From the NCBI GenBank assembly GCA_026004595.1, contig BPJL01000005.1, forward strand, positions 11,263 to 75,262: a DNA stretch of 64,000 nucleotides. The letters run 5' to 3'. How positions within the stretch are numbered: position 1 is the first letter of the stretch; every line of letters starts with the position of its first letter. This DNA comes from Patescibacteria group bacterium (GTDB lineage Bacteria; Patescibacteriota; WWE3; UBA101185; UBA10185). The notes beneath the pieces are model-generated. The model worked only from the letters and a program-made list of their open reading frames with translations. It had not been told where the DNA came from and ran no database searches. The position numbers and the translations under genes were made by a program. Below, one piece after another: positions 50,736 through 61,543 of this stretch.

Positions 50736-51818
50736 ATGTTTAGAAAAGAAACTGCCCTAAAAACACAGACAAAAAAAGCCTGGGAATATATAAAAAAACT
50801 TTTCGGATTAAAAATCACGCAAATTGTTTTAATAAGCCTCTTAATATTAACTGTAGCGCCCCTTGTATTTTTCTATATTTTAAAACCGGAACCTAGAAAC
50901 GACATAAGGTACGGCGTAACCTTTTCTAACAAGTACGCTTCACAATTAGACCTCAATTGGAAGGACGCTTACATTAAAATTTTAGATGATTTGGGCGCAA
51001 AAAATCTCAGACTTGTGGCGTATTGGGACGAAATAGAGATAACACCAGATAACTATGATTACTCCGATATCAAATGGCAACTAGAAGAAGCTGAGAAGAG
51101 AAATGCAAATGTTATTCTGGCCATTGGACGCAAGGTGCCAAGATATCCTGAATGTTTTGAACCGAGCTGGTGGAGAGGCCTAAGTAGCGAGTCGGCAAGA
51201 GATAAAGAGTTATATGAATACATTATAAGAACGGTTATGGAAACCCAAAGTTTTAACTCTATTAAAATGTGGCAGGTTGAGAACGAACCCTTCTTTCCAT
51301 TTGGGGAGTGCCTACCAATAAAGAAACCGGTAGTTGAACAAGAAATTCAGCTTGTCAGGGCACTTGATGAAAGACCGATCCTAACTCAAGACAGCGGGGA
51401 GGGAGGTTTTTGGTTTCCCACATATCAAATGGCAGATTATCTTGGCATATCAATGTATAGAAAGGTTTGGTACGATTTCTGGGGGGTGTTGACCAAACAT
51501 GCTTTCGTCTTTAAATACCCCCTTTCACACTGGTCATACAAAATAAGAGCCCATATGACAGGGGTCCCGATGGACAGAATAGTCGTTACAGAGCTGCAAG
51601 CAGAACCATGGGGACCAGCAATCAATTCCAAACTCACAACAGAAGATAAAAATCGAACAATGTCCTTAACCGACTTTTTATCCACAATAGCTTACGCGCA
51701 AAAAAGCGGCTTCAGGGATCAGTATTTTTGGGGAGTAGAGTGGTGGTTATGGGAAAAAGAATTTAACAATAACCCCACCTACTGGAATGTAGCCAAGGCG
51801 CTTTTTGAAAAAAAATAG
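50736..51818 (+). CDS. Clan GH-A TIM-barrel glycoside hydrolase (GH5-like), membrane-anchored.
   Basis: N-terminal TM. 'WQVENEPF' is the NEP acid/base motif and 'VVTELQAEPW' is a candidate nucleophile. Confidence 0.5.
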   Translation: MFRKETALKTQTKKAWEYIKKLFGLKITQIVLISLLILTVAPLVFFYILKPEPRNDIRYGVTFSNKYASQLDLNWKDAYIKILDDLGAKNLRLVAYWDEIEITPDNYDYSDIKWQLEEAEKRNANVILAIGRKVPRYPECFEPSWWRGLSSESARDKELYEYIIRTVMETQSFNSIKMWQVENEPFFPFGECLPIKKPVVEQEIQLVRALDERPILTQDSGEGGFWFPTYQMADYLGISMYRKVWYDFWGVLTKHAFVFKYPLSHWSYKIRAHMTGVPMDRIVVTELQAEPWGPAINSKLTTEDKNRTMSLTDFLSTIAYAQKSGFRDQYFWGVEWWLWEKEFNNNPTYWNVAKALFEKK

Positions 51819-51836
51819 TTTCTATGGTATGAAAAA

Positions 51837-52652
51837 TCAATTCTTCGACAATATCTTCTTCGTCAAAACAAACCCACCATATACCCCAGCATCATCCAAT
51901 GTCAACGACCTGACTACAGGGACCGGAGCCTTAAGGTAATCAGCAAAAAATGGAAATTCAAATGCCATGCTCCCACCTATTACGAAAATCTCACACTTCC
52001 ATACTGGGTACAATTTTTACAACCCCATGTTAACGTATTCCGCATATTTTTCCCAAACACCCTTATCACTACAAATATGCGGTCTGGCCCCAAACAAGGC
52101 TTCAAAGGAACGGACTGATGTATACGCCTCTAGACAACCGTAGTGACCGCACGATGCATTCAGACGGCCATCTTCAATTATTATCGTATGACCAGGTTCA
52201 TCTCCTACATAGTTGAATCCTCCAGAACCGTCTTTTTCTACCAGCGCCCCTCCAGTACCGGTGCCAAAAGTCAAATAACCAACACACGAATATCCCTTAC
52301 CTGCACCCAAAAAGGCTTCTCCGACAGCGGCCAAAGTAGCATCATTTTCCATGAAAAAATTCGGGGCTGCTTCCTGGTCAAGAAGAGCACTAAAAGGTTT
52401 CCCATCCAACTCTTTATAGTTTGGAAGTTTGACAAAAGTGTGGCTTTTCCTGTCAATTAACCCAGGGATACCCATACACACAAACTCCGGTATACCCGGG
52501 GCTGATAGCTCCATTATTGCTGTGGAAATAATATGTTGTTGAACAGCAAGGTTTTTATTTGTGTAAAACCTTTTGATCTTGATTATTGACTCAAGATCTC
52601 GTGAACTAGCTATTCGGGTTTTTGTACCACCCATGTCAACTGATATATACAT
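51837..52652 (-). CDS. ROK-family sugar kinase or regulator, interrupted by an in-frame TAA at 52017-52019.
   Basis: 'VDMGGTKTRIA', 'GTGTGGALV' and the zinc motif 'CGHYGCLEAY'. After the stop the same frame continues 'KLYPVWKCEIFVIGGSMAF...SLTLDDAGVYGGFVLTKK', which is the canonical ROK C-terminus. Confidence 0.6.
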
Positions 52653-53185
52653 TACTTATACCAATCTTGAGGATCTACTCCCTCAGTAACTTCTCCTTGG
52701 TTAACAACAACCCTTATGGGCTGGTGATTTTCACATGATACATCATAACCACACTTAACAAATTCCGAATAGTAAGCCCTATATACTCCACCTGTCGCTC
52801 CGGGCTGATTAGGCACATATGCATAAACATAATATTCTCCAGCAGGAACCTCAATTCTGTAACCATACCCATATTGGTAAGAACTGTCCTTAATATGATT
52901 ATCCGTACAAACTGTCTTTCCTGTTGATATTTCTTCAGCGCAAACACCGAGACTTTCCGGGATGTTTTCCGAAGGGTAACCTAAAGAACCTGTAATGACT
53001 CCTATACCAGCTTCTTCTACAATGCTCTCCTCAATTTCATTTGACATTGCAGGTTGCTCTGATCGGGAGGACTTGAAATTAATATCCTTAAACAGAAGGA
53101 TTATTGTGGAAAGGAAGACCGCAGTAACAACAAAAGCAAAGAAAAGACCTACAAGCGGCAGTCTTTTGCGTGTATCGCCTTCCAT
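52652..53185 (-). CDS. Hypothetical membrane-anchored protein (177 aa).
   Basis: N-terminal TM helix, then a Tyr/Gly-rich beta domain. Confidence 0.4.
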   Translation of the reverse strand: MEGDTRKRLPLVGLFFAFVVTAVFLSTIILLFKDINFKSSRSEQPAMSNEIEESIVEEAGIGVITGSLGYPSENIPESLGVCAEEISTGKTVCTDNHIKDSSYQYGYGYRIEVPAGEYYVYAYVPNQPGATGGVYRAYYSEFVKCGYDVSCENHQPIRVVVNQGEVTEGVDPQDWYK

Positions 53186-53192
53186 AAAATTA

Positions 53193-54535
53193 TTATACTC
53201 GCGACGAAACAGAAGACCAAAAAAGGTCTACTCCGTCAGACCGGGTTTCAATATCCTTTCCGGCTTTCACAGCAGAGTAACCATTTACCATCCTTTCAAA
53301 AATTCCGTTTTTCAAACACCACCAGATGAACTTAGCTGCGTTTTCTGAACCAAAGGGCAGTTCTACACACCTATACATGTGGCTATGGGGCAAAAGTCTT
53401 TCCTTGAAGGCACCATCAGGCGTCACCCCCCCCTGGCCGCCATTCCCCACATTTTTTCAGTCATTTTCACATCAAATATGAGACCGTGCCTCCTCAAAAA
53501 ATCCAAATTATCTCTTTCCTGGCGACCGACCGGATGCGCGAATAAAAGAAGGGAGCCCCCGACCATATCAAAATCGCACAACGCCTTAAAAGCCTGCTCA
53601 CTTGGTTTCGTTATCTCTAAAGCTATAACATTCTTTTTGTAAACATCATCGTACATATCAACTATTTCCCGCGAATGCTTTGAAGTATGAATATGGATAT
53701 TAGGAAACTTTCTTACATCCTGCAAAAATTTTTTGGTGAAAGGAGCTTCCTTGCATATGATGTGAAAATTAAATCTTGAATATCTTGATTGCAGTTGGGG
53801 AATTAAATGGTGAAAAAATTCCATTCCAACAGCGGCTCCTGATACTGGAAGACAGAAATTTATTGGTACTGTCGCGGCTTTAGACAACTGTTCTTTTCGG
53901 CTCTCATAATGATGAGTGGGCAGCTTTTCCCCTAATATCGGGCTTACAGGGTAGGGAAGCACCTCAAACTTCACATGCTGTAAACAGGCTCGCATTGCAT
54001 ATTTTCTAAGCTCAAGCATTGTTTTTTTGCTAGGCACATATATGACATCGGCGCCCGGAACATACCAGATGTATTGTGGACTATCATCCGTAACCTGAAC
54101 CATCAAATAAATTTTTACACCCATTTTTCTTTCCAGCGTTTCCTTCACAGCTGCAATTTGATGAGCAAATCCAAAATGGGTGGCTATTATTATCATCCTC
54201 TTTGGAATTTCAATCTGTTGCTTAAAAATTTCCTCAATCTTCGCTTTCATGTCGCTGCTGGTTGTCCTCAACTGCCACCTATACAGATGGGTATACACTC
54301 CCTGCGGCCAACCGCTTTGGAACCACTCCATAATCCTTCTAGTAATAACATGGGTGCTAACAAACTTGTATGTTGCCTCGGTCAATTTTTCGGATGATCC
54401 AATAAGGACAGTTTTTACACCTTTGGGAAGGCCTTCATAAAGCGCGTTGGTGACCCTGAGGTGACCGAGACCAACGGGAGCATAGGTAAAGACTACAATT
54501 GTTCCGGGGTCAGTCAGCAATTGCTTGGGGCTCAT
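53193..54535 (-). CDS. GT-B glycosyltransferase (MurG/MGDG-synthase-like), interrupted by a homopolymer indel.
   Basis: N-terminal 'VVFTYAPVGLGHLRVTNAL' resembles the GT28 Gly-rich loop. ORF 53423-54535 and ORF 53193-53450 join ('...WGMAARG|VTPDGAFKE...') if the G8 run on the minus strand (C8 at 53426-53433) is shortened. Confidence 0.45.
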
Positions 54536-54580
54536 TACATTAGTTTACAAAATTTTGCAAACTTTTTGTATACTTGTACT

Positions 54581-54835
54581 ATGAAAAAGTATTGGTTCAA
54601 ATCTAAAAGGCTTGGCTACGGTTTTTGCCCTATCTGCCTTGAGGGTTGGCTCGCTATTCTAGCATTACTTGGTTTGGTGTTTTTGTCGGCATGGATTAAT
54701 AATATCTGGAGCAAAAGTATAGATGGAAAAAACGGTTTTAGATTTTTTTTAGATACCTTGATTCTACTTTGCGTCTTCACCGCTCTTTACAAAGACAAAG
54801 TAATAGGCGGGTTAAGATGGCGATTCTGTAAGTAA
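54581..54835 (+). CDS. Small membrane protein (84 aa).
   Basis: Two TM helices. The longer upstream-extended ORF would overlap the divergent gene's start. Confidence 0.3.
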   Translation: MKKYWFKSKRLGYGFCPICLEGWLAILALLGLVFLSAWINNIWSKSIDGKNGFRFFLDTLILLCVFTALYKDKVIGGLRWRFCK

Positions 54836-54873
54836 AGTATTTGATTTTTGCCCAATTTTTTATTTAAAACAAC

Positions 54874-55581
54874 ATGAGTAAAGCAGCGTTCTTAGCAATA
54901 TTATTTCCTGTCCTGCTTCTTTTAGGACTAGCGGTTTTTGGTTCACGAATACCACAGCGGACATTCGAACGAAAAGAAAAGCAGTTTGAGCCCCTAACGA
55001 AACTTGAAACAACGGAATCCACCTCGTCAGCAAAAGAAAATTATCAGATCAACCCCATGGGTAATGTGGAAAAAGAACCGCCAAAGATGACGTTGGACCT
55101 ATCAAAAAAATATACAGCTTTAATGAATACCAGCGAGGGGCTTATAAAAATAGAGCTTTTTGCTGATAAGACACCTGTAACGGTTAATAATTTTGTAACT
55201 CTTTCCAGATCTAATTTTTACGACAACGTAATATTTCACAGAGTGATAAAAGGTTTCATGATTCAGAGCGGCGATCCGACGGGCACAGGCGCGGGCGGTC
55301 CAGGATACAAATTCAATGATGAGCCCTTTGAAGGAGATTACACAAGAGGTACAGTAGCTATGGCAAACGCAGGACCTAACACAAACGGAAGCCAATTTTT
55401 CATAATGCACCAAGACAAAGCACTTCCTAAGAATTACGTTATCTTTGGAAAGGTAATAGAAGGAATGGAGGTAGTAGATAAAATTGCCGAAACAGAAGTT
55501 GAAATAACACCTGAAGGAGAGCCATCAAAACCAATAAAACCTGTTAGAATATTAAATATGGAAATAATTGAATCAGACTAA
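54874..55581 (+). CDS. ppiB: Peptidyl-prolyl cis-trans isomerase, cyclophilin type, with a signal/anchor and linker.
   Basis: 'FHRVIKGFMIQSGDPTGTGAGGPGYKFNDE' and 'MANAGPNTNGSQFFI'. Confidence 0.9.
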   Translation: MSKAAFLAILFPVLLLLGLAVFGSRIPQRTFERKEKQFEPLTKLETTESTSSAKENYQINPMGNVEKEPPKMTLDLSKKYTALMNTSEGLIKIELFADKTPVTVNNFVTLSRSNFYDNVIFHRVIKGFMIQSGDPTGTGAGGPGYKFNDEPFEGDYTRGTVAMANAGPNTNGSQFFIMHQDKALPKNYVIFGKVIEGMEVVDKIAETEVEITPEGEPSKPIKPVRILNMEIIESD

Positions 55582-55984
55582 GGGGGTGAATTTTGTGGAC
55601 GAAAATCAAAACCAAGAGCAACCTCAAGAACAGAAACTGCAACCAGAAACTGCAAGTCAATCGACAGAACAAACCACCAAGGAAACCGATAATTCAAAGG
55701 TCATGGCTATAATAGCCTACTTTATATTCTTTCTTCCTCTGCTCACAGAATATAAAGATAATGACTTTGTTAAATACCATGTAAAGCAGTCTCTGATGCT
55801 ATTCATTTTGCTTGTAGGTGCGGCTGTTGTATCGGGAATCCCCTTTATTGGGTTTTTTATAAGCACAATCGCTTCAATGGCATTATTTATCCTCTTAATA
55901 ATGGGAATCATCAACGCGGCCTCGGATAAAAAAGTTCCTGTTCCGTTTGTAGGAAAATACGCCGAGGAGCTGTTAAAGTTCTAA
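55568..55984 (+). CDS. DUF4870-like small membrane protein.
   Basis: 'AIIAYFIFFLP', '...VKYHVKQSLMLFI' and the helix pattern. Confidence 0.5.
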   Translation: MNQTKGVNFVDENQNQEQPQEQKLQPETASQSTEQTTKETDNSKVMAIIAYFIFFLPLLTEYKDNDFVKYHVKQSLMLFILLVGAAVVSGIPFIGFFISTIASMALFILLIMGIINAASDKKVPVPFVGKYAEELLKF

Positions 55985-57683
55985 GTGCTGGTATAGAGTG
56001 CCTAAAGAAAATCCATTATCAGAGTAATATCCTCGGGTACCCACCGAGGATATTACACTGAGTCTTCTGAACCCCGCGTCCTTACAAATGGCGGAAGCCT
56101 TCCGAAGTAGCATTTTTCCCAAACCAGAATGCTGCGCCCTCCCTCCAGCATTCTGTCCGACACTTATACTCTCCCCATAGACGTGGATTTCCCTTATCAT
56201 TGCCGAGTTTTTTATTTCCTCAATTCGGCCTTCTTTAAGAGGCAGGGAAAGCCTTAAAAAGGCGGCAATTTTATCATTGCCGGTCACATACTCCAAGAAA
56301 TACTCTTTGGTGTTTGAGGTAGAATATTCCGTAGTTTTAAAGACCAGATCATTTACATCAACCTTCTCATTCCTGATTTCCCTATATCTTATTTCATTTA
56401 ACAAGTCCCCAGCTTTCTCAATCTCCGCTTCGGCAATCTGCCTGAAATTCGTCTTTTTATTTCCAGCCACAATATCATCCCCCGAAATGTCTCTAACAAT
56501 TCTAGTGATTCTGCAATACCTTGGAACTTTAGGAAGTATTGCTTTGAAAATATGAATTAATTCGTTTTCGGTGTATGGTCTCCATTTTTTCTCGTTGAAT
56601 AAACCCATAAGCTCGGTGCCTTCTATCAATGAACAGGGATATATCTTTAATTCGTCAGGGCGGTAAGCCAGGTCTCCGAATAACTTCTCAAAATCTTGAA
56701 TATCAGATTCAGGAGTTGCTCCGTAAAGATTTAACATCCAATGAGCATGTATTTTGAAACCGGCCTCCCTAAGCAAAGCAAAGGCTTCGGCAGTCTTTGC
56801 AGAATTATGGCCGCGCTTATTCATATCCAATATCTTATCGTTTAAGCTCTGCACTCCTATCTGGACTTTAGTCGCGCCTAATCTTCTCATTCTTACAATC
56901 TCACCTCTATCTATCTCGTCTGGCCTTGTTTCCAAAACAAGTCCCGTACATCTGCATCTGGCATCAACGTTTTTAAGATGGGCCTTAAATAGATCCTCCC
57001 ACGACGCTGTTTCTTCAATGTGCCTTTTTTCATTTCTAGACAAACCAACTACAGCATTATAACTTCCTGACAATCGGCTCAACTTTTTTTCATCATAAGG
57101 CATCTCGATCTTGGGCTTAAGATATGAAGCGTATTCCCCAGATTTGTAATCATTCATAGCATCGAAGCACCTTTTTACAAACCACACTTGATACGCTTCG
57201 GGATAAGACGACCAAGTTCCCCCTAAAATTATAAGCTCAACCTTGCTTATAGGGTGCCCGGTCTTTTCGTACGAAACCAGCCGGTTATATGTTTGGTAGT
57301 ACGGATCAAATTTATTGTCGTGCGCTCTTTGAGCTCCCGGTTCGCTAAACAAGTAACTTTTGGGCATTCTTACGTCGTTCGGACAGAAAATGCACTTGCC
57401 GGGGCATGGGTACGGCCTTGTCAAAACGGTTACCGGAGTAACACCTGACAGTGTGCGTATTTTCTTAGTTTTAATGTTTTCAAGAAATCTTTCCTCTTCA
57501 TCCTTTTTAAGCCTAATTTTCCCCTGCGCTTTAAGTATTTTTGTAGTTTTCCAGAATATCGCTTTTGGAGTAAGTATTTTTCAGCCCTTTTGAATGTCTA
57601 AACAATATCGCTAAAACCTCCTTTTCGGAATTTGCATTTGAAATCTCGTGTATTATATTAACCATCTCGATGTTTTTATCCAT
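55973..57683 (-). CDS. Elp3-like radical SAM/GNAT enzyme (putative tRNA U34 carboxymethyltransferase), interrupted by an apparent 1-nt insertion.
   Basis: Radical-SAM 'CPGKCIFCP' and a C-terminal GNAT domain ('HSGLGKMLLRKA'). In-frame upstream extension 'KIRTLSGVTPVTV' has no start codon; the N-terminal 'MDKNIEMVNIIHEIS...SKGL' lies in another frame, joined at the T5 run at 57577-57581. Confidence 0.7.
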
Positions 57684-57687
57684 ATTA

Positions 57688-58393
57688 TGAACAAGCTTGA
57701 TGCGATTTTAAGGCTTAATAAAGATTTTTACAAAGACGCCGCCGTTTCTTTCTCAAAAACGCGGAGAGGATTTTGGAAGGGGGTGGGGAAGAGTGGCCGC
57801 TATAGGAGGCAAGGACGTAGGAGATAGATTTAAGGTTCTGGATGTAGGCTGTGGAAACGGAAGGTTTTTGAGCTTTATTAAAAAACACTTTCCAAACTCA
57901 AAAATAATTTACACGGGCCTGGATAATAACGATGAGCTTCTTTCCCAGGCAAAGAATGATCACCCAGAAGGCAAATTTGTAAAAACAGATTTCTTGAAAA
58001 ATCTTAACAACATTGCAAAAAAGAAATACGATTTGGGTGGCGTGCTTCGGTGTTACTCATCACATCCCGACAGCTAAACTTCGACTCGATTTTTTTAAAA
58101 TGCTGGGGAAGTCGGTTAATTCCGGAGGCTACCTCGTCGTAACTTTTTGGCAATTTGATATAAAAAAATCCTACAAAATTCGGGAATTTGAAAAACTTCT
58201 AGGCAAGAACGATTTTATCCTGGGGTGGGATAACAAACCTAACTTATTTAGATACTGCCACTTATACGACGATAAAGAAAAATCGCAAATCGATAAACTG
58301 CTAAACAAAAGCGGATTATTTCTTGCAGAGGAATTTCTTGATATTGGAAATGACGGGGCGGGCAGCCATTATTTCATATGGCGCAAAAATTGA
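57688..58393 (+). CDS. Class I SAM-dependent methyltransferase, interrupted by two apparent 1-nt insertions.
   Basis: 'VLDVGCGNGRFL' is motif I. The N-terminal 'MNKLDAILRLNKDFY...' joins via G5 (57779-57783). Post-motif II 'YDL|VACFGVTHHIP' joins via GGG (58035-58037). Confidence 0.55.
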
Positions 58394-58405
58394 TACAATA
58401 TTGCC

Positions 58406-58792
58406 ATGAAAGATTGCATATTTTGCAAGATCGCAAGTAAAAAAATACCTGCCGAGATAATATACGAAGATTCTGACCATATTTCATTTTTGGATATAAA
58501 CCCAACAACTGAAGGTATGACCCTTGTCATCCCAAAAAAACACTACGACAGCGATATTTACAGTAACCAAACAGAAGTAATATTGGCTTTAATGTCATCC
58601 GCAAAAAATACAGCACTACTGCTAAAAGAAAGGCTGAAACCACTGCGCGTTTTAACCTTAATAGAGGGCCTTGACGTTCAACATCTTCACATTAAGCTGT
58701 ACCCGTTCTACGGTGATAAAAGCCCGAGAGACACACTAACAAAACACCTCGACCACGCTCCAACAAAAGAAGAACTCAAAAAAAATCGCTGA
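58406..58792 (+). CDS. HIT-family (histidine triad) hydrolase.
   Basis: 'CIFCKI' and the HxHxHxx triad 'QHLHIKLYP'. Confidence 0.85.
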   Translation: MKDCIFCKIASKKIPAEIIYEDSDHISFLDINPTTEGMTLVIPKKHYDSDIYSNQTEVILALMSSAKNTALLLKERLKPLRVLTLIEGLDVQHLHIKLYPFYGDKSPRDTLTKHLDHAPTKEELKKNR

Positions 58793-58814
58793 TAAGATTA
58801 GGGCATAAAATTAG

Positions 58815-59435
58815 ATGAACAAGCTTGAATTGGTATCCAAATTGAAACTACAGGGTGTCCTTAGGTCACCTAGAATTGAAGCGGCTCTGGTAGAGGTTGA
58901 CAGGGCAGACTTTGTCAGATTAGAAGATAAAGAATACTCATACATTGATACAGCAATGTCCATCGGGTACGGCCAGACAATATCCCAACCCTACACAGTT
59001 GTTTTTATGCTGGAACTATTACAGGCGGGGGATGGGCATAAAGTCATGGATATTGGCACGGGGTCGGGTTGGCAGGCCGCTCTTTTATCTTCTTTGGTAG
59101 GGGATAGCGGAAAAGTCCATACCATTGAGATCATAACCCAGCCTCGTTGAGTTCGCTAAGAAAAATGTTTCAAAGTACCCGACTCTTGCTGAAAGAATAA
59201 TTTTTCACGAAGGATCGGCAAAAAACGGCATTCCCGATGAGGCGCCTTTTGACAGAATAATTGCGGCGGCCGATGTCCGCAGAATCCCCGAAGCTTGGCG
59301 AGATCAACTTAAGATTGGGGGAATAATGGTTTTTCCAAAAGACAACGGAATTTATAAAATGACAAAAAACTCCGATACTGACTTTGATACTTTATTTTAT
59401 CCGGGATTTGTCTTTGTACCTTTTGTTGAAGACTA
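58815..59435 (+). CDS. pcm: Protein-L-isoaspartate O-methyltransferase, interrupted by an apparent 1-nt insertion.
   Basis: 'TISQPYTV', 'VMDIGTGSGWQAALL' and 'VHTIEII'. The frame then shifts at CCC (59137-59139) into 'LVEFAKKNV...APFDRIIAAA...GGIMVFP'. Confidence 0.8.
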
Positions 59436-59960
59436 GTCTTTTATGATCTTAGTCTCAAATACACCTTTTCTCTTAGTATCTCCCCAAAAGTAGAAATATG
59501 AAGCAAGAAGCACTATTCCGACACCAAGGCTTATTGCAATTATCTGGTCGTAACCCGTTTCAGGTACGCCATTTGCAGAAGCCGGGGCTGAACCGGAGGA
59601 TAAATTATTAGGAAGGGCCTGTCCAAGATGAAGTACAAAAACGATTTTTTCTGCCCCTTGAGAGATCTCAACATTGTAGTCTTTGCTTTCGCCAGAAAAG
59701 TTATAAGACCAAGATCCGGAACTCACATTTACCTGATTTGACTGGTCTCCTATTTTTACAGTAACTGGCGACCCATCTGATGCTGTGCCGGCCAGAGTAA
59801 CGTTTGTATTTGTATACCACCACTCTGTGTAGTTCTTTCCTGTAGCATCCACAGACCCAATTTTAGTTAATGAAAGAGAAGCGGCTGTTGAAAAAAACAT
59901 AGATAACGTGAACAAAAAAATCAGTGGCAGTGTTTTACTAATAGAAGAAAAGGATTTCAT
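59433..59960 (-). CDS. Secreted surface protein with a C-terminal sortase-type sorting signal.
   Basis: Signal peptide. The C-terminus has 'VPETG', a hydrophobic segment 'IIAISLGVGIVLLASYFYFW', and a basic tail 'KRKG'. Confidence 0.5.
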   Translation of the reverse strand: MKSFSSISKTLPLIFLFTLSMFFSTAASLSLTKIGSVDATGKNYTEWWYTNTNVTLAGTASDGSPVTVKIGDQSNQVNVSSGSWSYNFSGESKDYNVEISQGAEKIVFVLHLGQALPNNLSSGSAPASANGVPETGYDQIIAISLGVGIVLLASYFYFWGDTKRKGVFETKIIKD

Positions 59961-59996
59961 GCCTAATTAGAAGACTAGAGATTTTTGTTGTAGGTG

Positions 59997-60479
59997 TCAA
60001 TAGATTTGTGTAGTTTTAGTTTCGACAAAAGATAAACTTCCAGATGTACAACGGTACACAGCGACCGGGAAGTAAACTTTGTTGCCAAAATATCTTTCTA
60101 CTGAACAGCCCACAAAAATCGGAAATTGCTTACGGTCAAAATCCAAACCATACACTATATAGTTTGCCAAAGCCTGTTCACTGGTAATTTTTCCCTTGTA
60201 GTAAGGCTTGAAAGAATATATGTTGTTCGGCACATACACGCTTACCTCGCGTCCCTTTGTATTTAGGTATAAAGCGGCGTTGGCGTAGTATTCACCAGAG
60301 TTCTCATATAGCCCCCAGGACAAAACGCGGCGGAAACCAACCAAAGGACTGATATATGCAGAATAAACCGGGTAGTAGCAAAAGGTAGCGTAAGTAAAAA
60401 ATAAAAGTTGGCAAATCACAAATAGGCGCAGGAGTTTGCGATTAAACCCTGCAACTGTACGTGACATCAATAAAATCAT
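59997..60479 (-). CDS. Hypothetical protein (160 aa).
   Basis: ORF with an N-terminal hydrophobic segment. 4-nt overlap with the upstream gene. Confidence 0.35.
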   Translation of the reverse strand: MILLMSRTVAGFNRKLLRLFVICQLLFFTYATFCYYPVYSAYISPLVGFRRVLSWGLYENSGEYYANAALYLNTKGREVSVYVPNNIYSFKPYYKGKITSEQALANYIVYGLDFDRKQFPIFVGCSVERYFGNKVYFPVAVYRCTSGSLSFVETKTTQIY

Positions 60480-61543
60480 TGGTAAGAAGAGGGCGATGAC
60501 GTATCTGTCGATTTTTTGATCCGCAAAAGACAGAACAAGTAAAACAGACGCAAAATATAAAGTAGTACTATCTTTTCCGCAAACTTTCCTTTTTTGAGTA
60601 TAACCACCATAGAGTACAGACTAGATATTACAAGCAAAGGCGAAGACTTAAACAAAAACACTAATGGGTAGTAAAAGACTTTCGCATAGGTTGAAAGTAA
60701 ATCACCCCTTGGATCTAAAACTACAGCATTAAACAGCGCGTTATACATCTTGGATGCAACACCCAATGGATCAACCCAAAGAGCTGGGAAAAATATAAAA
60801 AATGTAAAGATAAAAGCAAAAACATAAATTAGTATGTATTGGAGACCAAGTTTCTTCCTAACACATTCATAAACAATCAATAAAGTTACAAAACAAGCAG
60901 TTATAAAAACAGTCATTTTGGTCAAAACACCTAGTCCAGAGAATATAGCCGATATAACGATAAAAATACTTTTGCGAGTTTTAAGAAACTCAAGAACAGA
61001 AAGTATTGAAACAAAGGCAAAAAAAGCTTCTAAAGAAGACAGGTGAAACCATCTATTTATGCCTACCAAATAGGGCTCTACTGCAACAAAAAACCCGTAC
61101 AATAATGCTATCCTATCACCAAATAATTCACGTATAAAGAAAAGTTGAAGAGATAGGCAAACAAATAACACTAAAACTACCAAAATCTTGGAAAGACCAT
61201 GCATTACAGGATAAAAGTCTGCATTACCATAAGTTTTTATTTCACTTGAAAAGTTCTGCTGGGTCCATAAAAGAACTTGGCTCGCAGTTGCTCCTATCCA
61301 CATAAGTATTACGCCTGGGTGGTACCTCTGATATGTTGACTTAAAATCGCCTCGCTTTAGCGCATTCAGAAAATTTTCCGACCTATCGTGCCATCTCAAA
61401 GCATCGGAGTTAGACATATCAATACCTAAGGTAAGTATCCTTGGTACAAGAAAAGCAATTAAAACAACTAGGTACAAAACCTTTTTACTTATACTTATAA
61501 CGGATTTATTTGCCAAAAAGTTTTTTTCTAAAATCATACACAT
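60476..61543 (-). CDS. GT-C membrane glycosyltransferase (ArnT/PMT-like).
   Basis: The first loop 'DMSNSDALRWHDRSENFLNALKRG...YQRYHPGVILMW' resembles the DE...hPP loop of the PMT/ArnT family. Polytopic. Start placed at an internal Met and is uncertain. Confidence 0.45.
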   Translation of the reverse strand: MCMILEKNFLANKSVISISKKVLYLVVLIAFLVPRILTLGIDMSNSDALRWHDRSENFLNALKRGDFKSTYQRYHPGVILMWIGATASQVLLWTQQNFSSEIKTYGNADFYPVMHGLSKILVVLVLFVCLSLQLFFIRELFGDRIALLYGFFVAVEPYLVGINRWFHLSSLEAFFAFVSILSVLEFLKTRKSIFIVISAIFSGLGVLTKMTVFITACFVTLLIVYECVRKKLGLQYILIYVFAFIFTFFIFFPALWVDPLGVASKMYNALFNAVVLDPRGDLLSTYAKVFYYPLVFLFKSSPLLVISSLYSMVVILKKGKFAEKIVLLYILRLFYLFCLLRIKKSTDTSSPSSYQ

